DNA of 64,000 nucleotides from Acidobacteriota bacterium (GTDB lineage Bacteria; Acidobacteriota; Terriglobia; Bryobacterales; Bryobacteraceae): NCBI GenBank assembly GCA_018268835.1, contig JAFDVU010000006.1, positions 3,961 to 67,960 of the forward strand, read 5' to 3'. Shown piece by piece: positions 62,611 to 64,000 of this stretch (position 1 is its first letter; each line of letters starts with the position of its first letter). The notes under the pieces were generated by a model. It saw only the letters and a program-made list of their open reading frames with translations, ran no database searches and was not told where the DNA came from. The position numbers and the translations under genes were made by a program.

Positions 62611-63771
62611 TCAACGCGCGGCGGGCGTCATCATGCCGAGGCGCGTGAGTTCTTTCTTCAGCGGCTCGACGCTGCGGCTGAACATCATCTTGTAGGCGGA
62701 GCAGAAGTAGTCGAGATCTTCGAAGTTGCCGCGCGGCCCGTGGCGGAACTTGGGGCAGCCGCCGTGGCACAAGGACTGCCATTCGCAGACCTGGCATTCG
62801 GGGTGCGCGATGGTCTTCTTGCCGGCGAAGGAGTAGCGCTTGGTGCGGCGCGCGATTTCGGTCCACGAATCGTCGTTGATGTTGCCGAGTTTCCAGGGAT
62901 TCTCCACGAAGAAGTCGCAGGGGTAGACGTCACCGTTGTACTCCACCACCACGTAGCTGTCGCAGGTTTCGTGCATGGTGCAGTTGCCCGGCTTCTGCCC
63001 GGCAACGGCTTCGGCGATGTTGTCGAAGGCGCGGATGCGCACCTTGCGCCGCTCCGGCCACCACAACTCGAACATCTCCACCATGAACCGGCCGTACTGT
63101 TCCGGCGTGATGGTGAAGGGCAGGCGGTTGCCGAGACCGTCGAATTCCGCCAGCGGAATGAACTGGATGTTGTCGACTCCGATGGAGCGGTAGAAGCGGT
63201 AGAGTTCCTTGGGCTTCTCAACGTTGGCGCTGCTCAGCACGCAGAGGATGTTGAACTCCACCTTGTTGGCCTGCAGAGTTTCCACGCTCTGCATGACGCG
63301 CTTCCAGGTGCCGCGCTTTTCCTTGTTGAATCGGTAGAGATCGTTGATTTCCTGCGGCCCGTCGAGCGAGACGCCGAGCAGCCAGTTGTACTGGCGGAAG
63401 AGGTCGCACCAGTTCTTATCGATCAACACCGCGTTGGTCTGCAGCGCATTGCTCACGGCCTGGTTAGAGCGTCCGTAGCGCTGCTGGAGTTCGACCAGTT
63501 TTTCGAAGAAGGGCAGTCCGGCGAGCGTGGGCTCGCCGCCCTGAAAGGCGAACACGCTGTTGGGGTAGGAGTAGAAGAGGTAGGTATCGACCAGGCGCTC
63601 GAGCGTGTCGAAGGTCATGCGGCGCCCGGGGAGGGCGCTGTAGGGGTCGGCTGCGCGGTCGAGGTAGAAGCAGTACTCGCAGTCGAGGTTGCAGACCGCG
63701 CTGGCGGGCTTGATCAACAGGGAGGCGATGCGGGGTACCGGACCGGCCTCGTAAATTGGGAGCTGGGTCAT
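62611..63771 (-). CDS. Anaerobic sulfatase-maturating enzyme (radical SAM, SPASM domain)
   Basis: LLIKPASAVCNLDCEYCFY is a CxxxCxxC motif. FQGGEPTL is present. The C-terminal Cys clusters are CTMHETCDSY ... YPCDFF ... HPECQVCEWQSLCHGGCP. Confidence 0.85.
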   Translation of the reverse strand: MTQLPIYEAGPVPRIASLLIKPASAVCNLDCEYCFYLDRAADPYSALPGRRMTFDTLERLVDTYLFYSYPNSVFAFQGGEPTLAGLPFFEKLVELQQRYGRSNQAVSNALQTNAVLIDKNWCDLFRQYNWLLGVSLDGPQEINDLYRFNKEKRGTWKRVMQSVETLQANKVEFNILCVLSSANVEKPKELYRFYRSIGVDNIQFIPLAEFDGLGNRLPFTITPEQYGRFMVEMFELWWPERRKVRIRAFDNIAEAVAGQKPGNCTMHETCDSYVVVEYNGDVYPCDFFVENPWKLGNINDDSWTEIARRTKRYSFAGKKTIAHPECQVCEWQSLCHGGCPKFRHGPRGNFEDLDYFCSAYKMMFSRSVEPLKKELTRLGMMTPAAR

Positions 63772-63799
63772 TCCTGCCTCATCATATCAGCGGCGCCGG

Positions 63800-64000
63800 C
63801 TAGCGAGTTTTCACGTCAACGAGCCACTTCTCGGCCATGGTCAGCAACTCGTCGGCGACCTCGGGATGACGGTGACGGAGGTTGACGCTTTCACCGGGGT
63901 CTTCGGCGAGGTTGGAAAGGAAAATCGCGTCATCGCCGGTGAGCGGCTTGTTGCCCTCGGGCGTGCCGTCGTAGGTTTTGCCGTCCTTCACCAACTTCCA
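63800..64000 (-). CDS. Sulfatase (C-terminal end only; 5' part lies beyond the window)
   Basis: The frame stays open to the window edge (...WKLVKDGKTYDG ... LSNLAEDPGESVNLRHRHPEVADEL). This is the typical arylsulfatase C-terminal [LY]xNLxxDPxExxNL motif. The gene is adjacent to the maturase. Confidence 0.7.
   Translation of the reverse strand, partial: WKLVKDGKTYDGTPEGNKPLTGDDAIFLSNLAEDPGESVNLRHRHPEVADELLTMAEKWLVDVKTR

Overview
High-GC bacterial chromosome segment. Spot counts of single 60-nt lines give 50-73% GC; the true profile was not computed. The source is most likely an Acidobacteriota genome of the Solibacter/Bryobacter type. Supporting markers are two CarboxypepD_reg-type TonB-dependent receptors, a TIGR03437-like 'Solibacter C-terminal' domain, a PEP-CTERM protein and a CRTAC1/ASPIC protein. 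Layout: (i) 1-14.2 kb is a minus-strand glycan-assembly locus. It holds eight glycosyltransferases, a Wzt-type ABC ATPase with a C-terminal binding domain, and a WbdD-like methyltransferase/coiled-coil protein. No Wzm permease is visible. (ii) 14.3-21.7 kb holds an ECF sigma/anti-sigma pair, a secreted glycosidase-like protein and a TonB-dependent receptor. (iii) tRNA-Pro(GGG) lies at 21763-21840. A 51-nt copy of its 3' half recurs in direct orientation at 52712-52762, bracketing 30.9 kb. This segment opens with a decayed ISL3 element and a single 15.9-kb ORF (23554-39426) encoding a ~5,290-aa protein that I cannot place in any known giant-protein family. The protein has a central degenerate beta-repeat array, a LamG-like region, no signal peptide and no adjacent secretion genes. 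It is the main candidate for something new. The rest of the segment is a GH4/PfkB/APC-permease operon, a TPR protein, a PIG-L deacetylase, a second TonB-dependent receptor and a CRTAC1-like protein. (iv) 52.8-57.7 kb is a mobile-element graveyard: an IS110-family transposase with a structured 3' non-coding tail, 10-bp tandem motifs, two integrase fragments, an HTH/PIN toxin-antitoxin pair, a pRiA4-like stub and a PEP-CTERM protein. (v) 57.7-64 kb holds a membrane/PDZ/GT-C operon, a hypothetical protein, a Tat-signal enolase-superfamily enzyme, a radical-SAM sulfatase maturase and a partial sulfatase. All family calls rest on motif recognition by eye; no searches were run.
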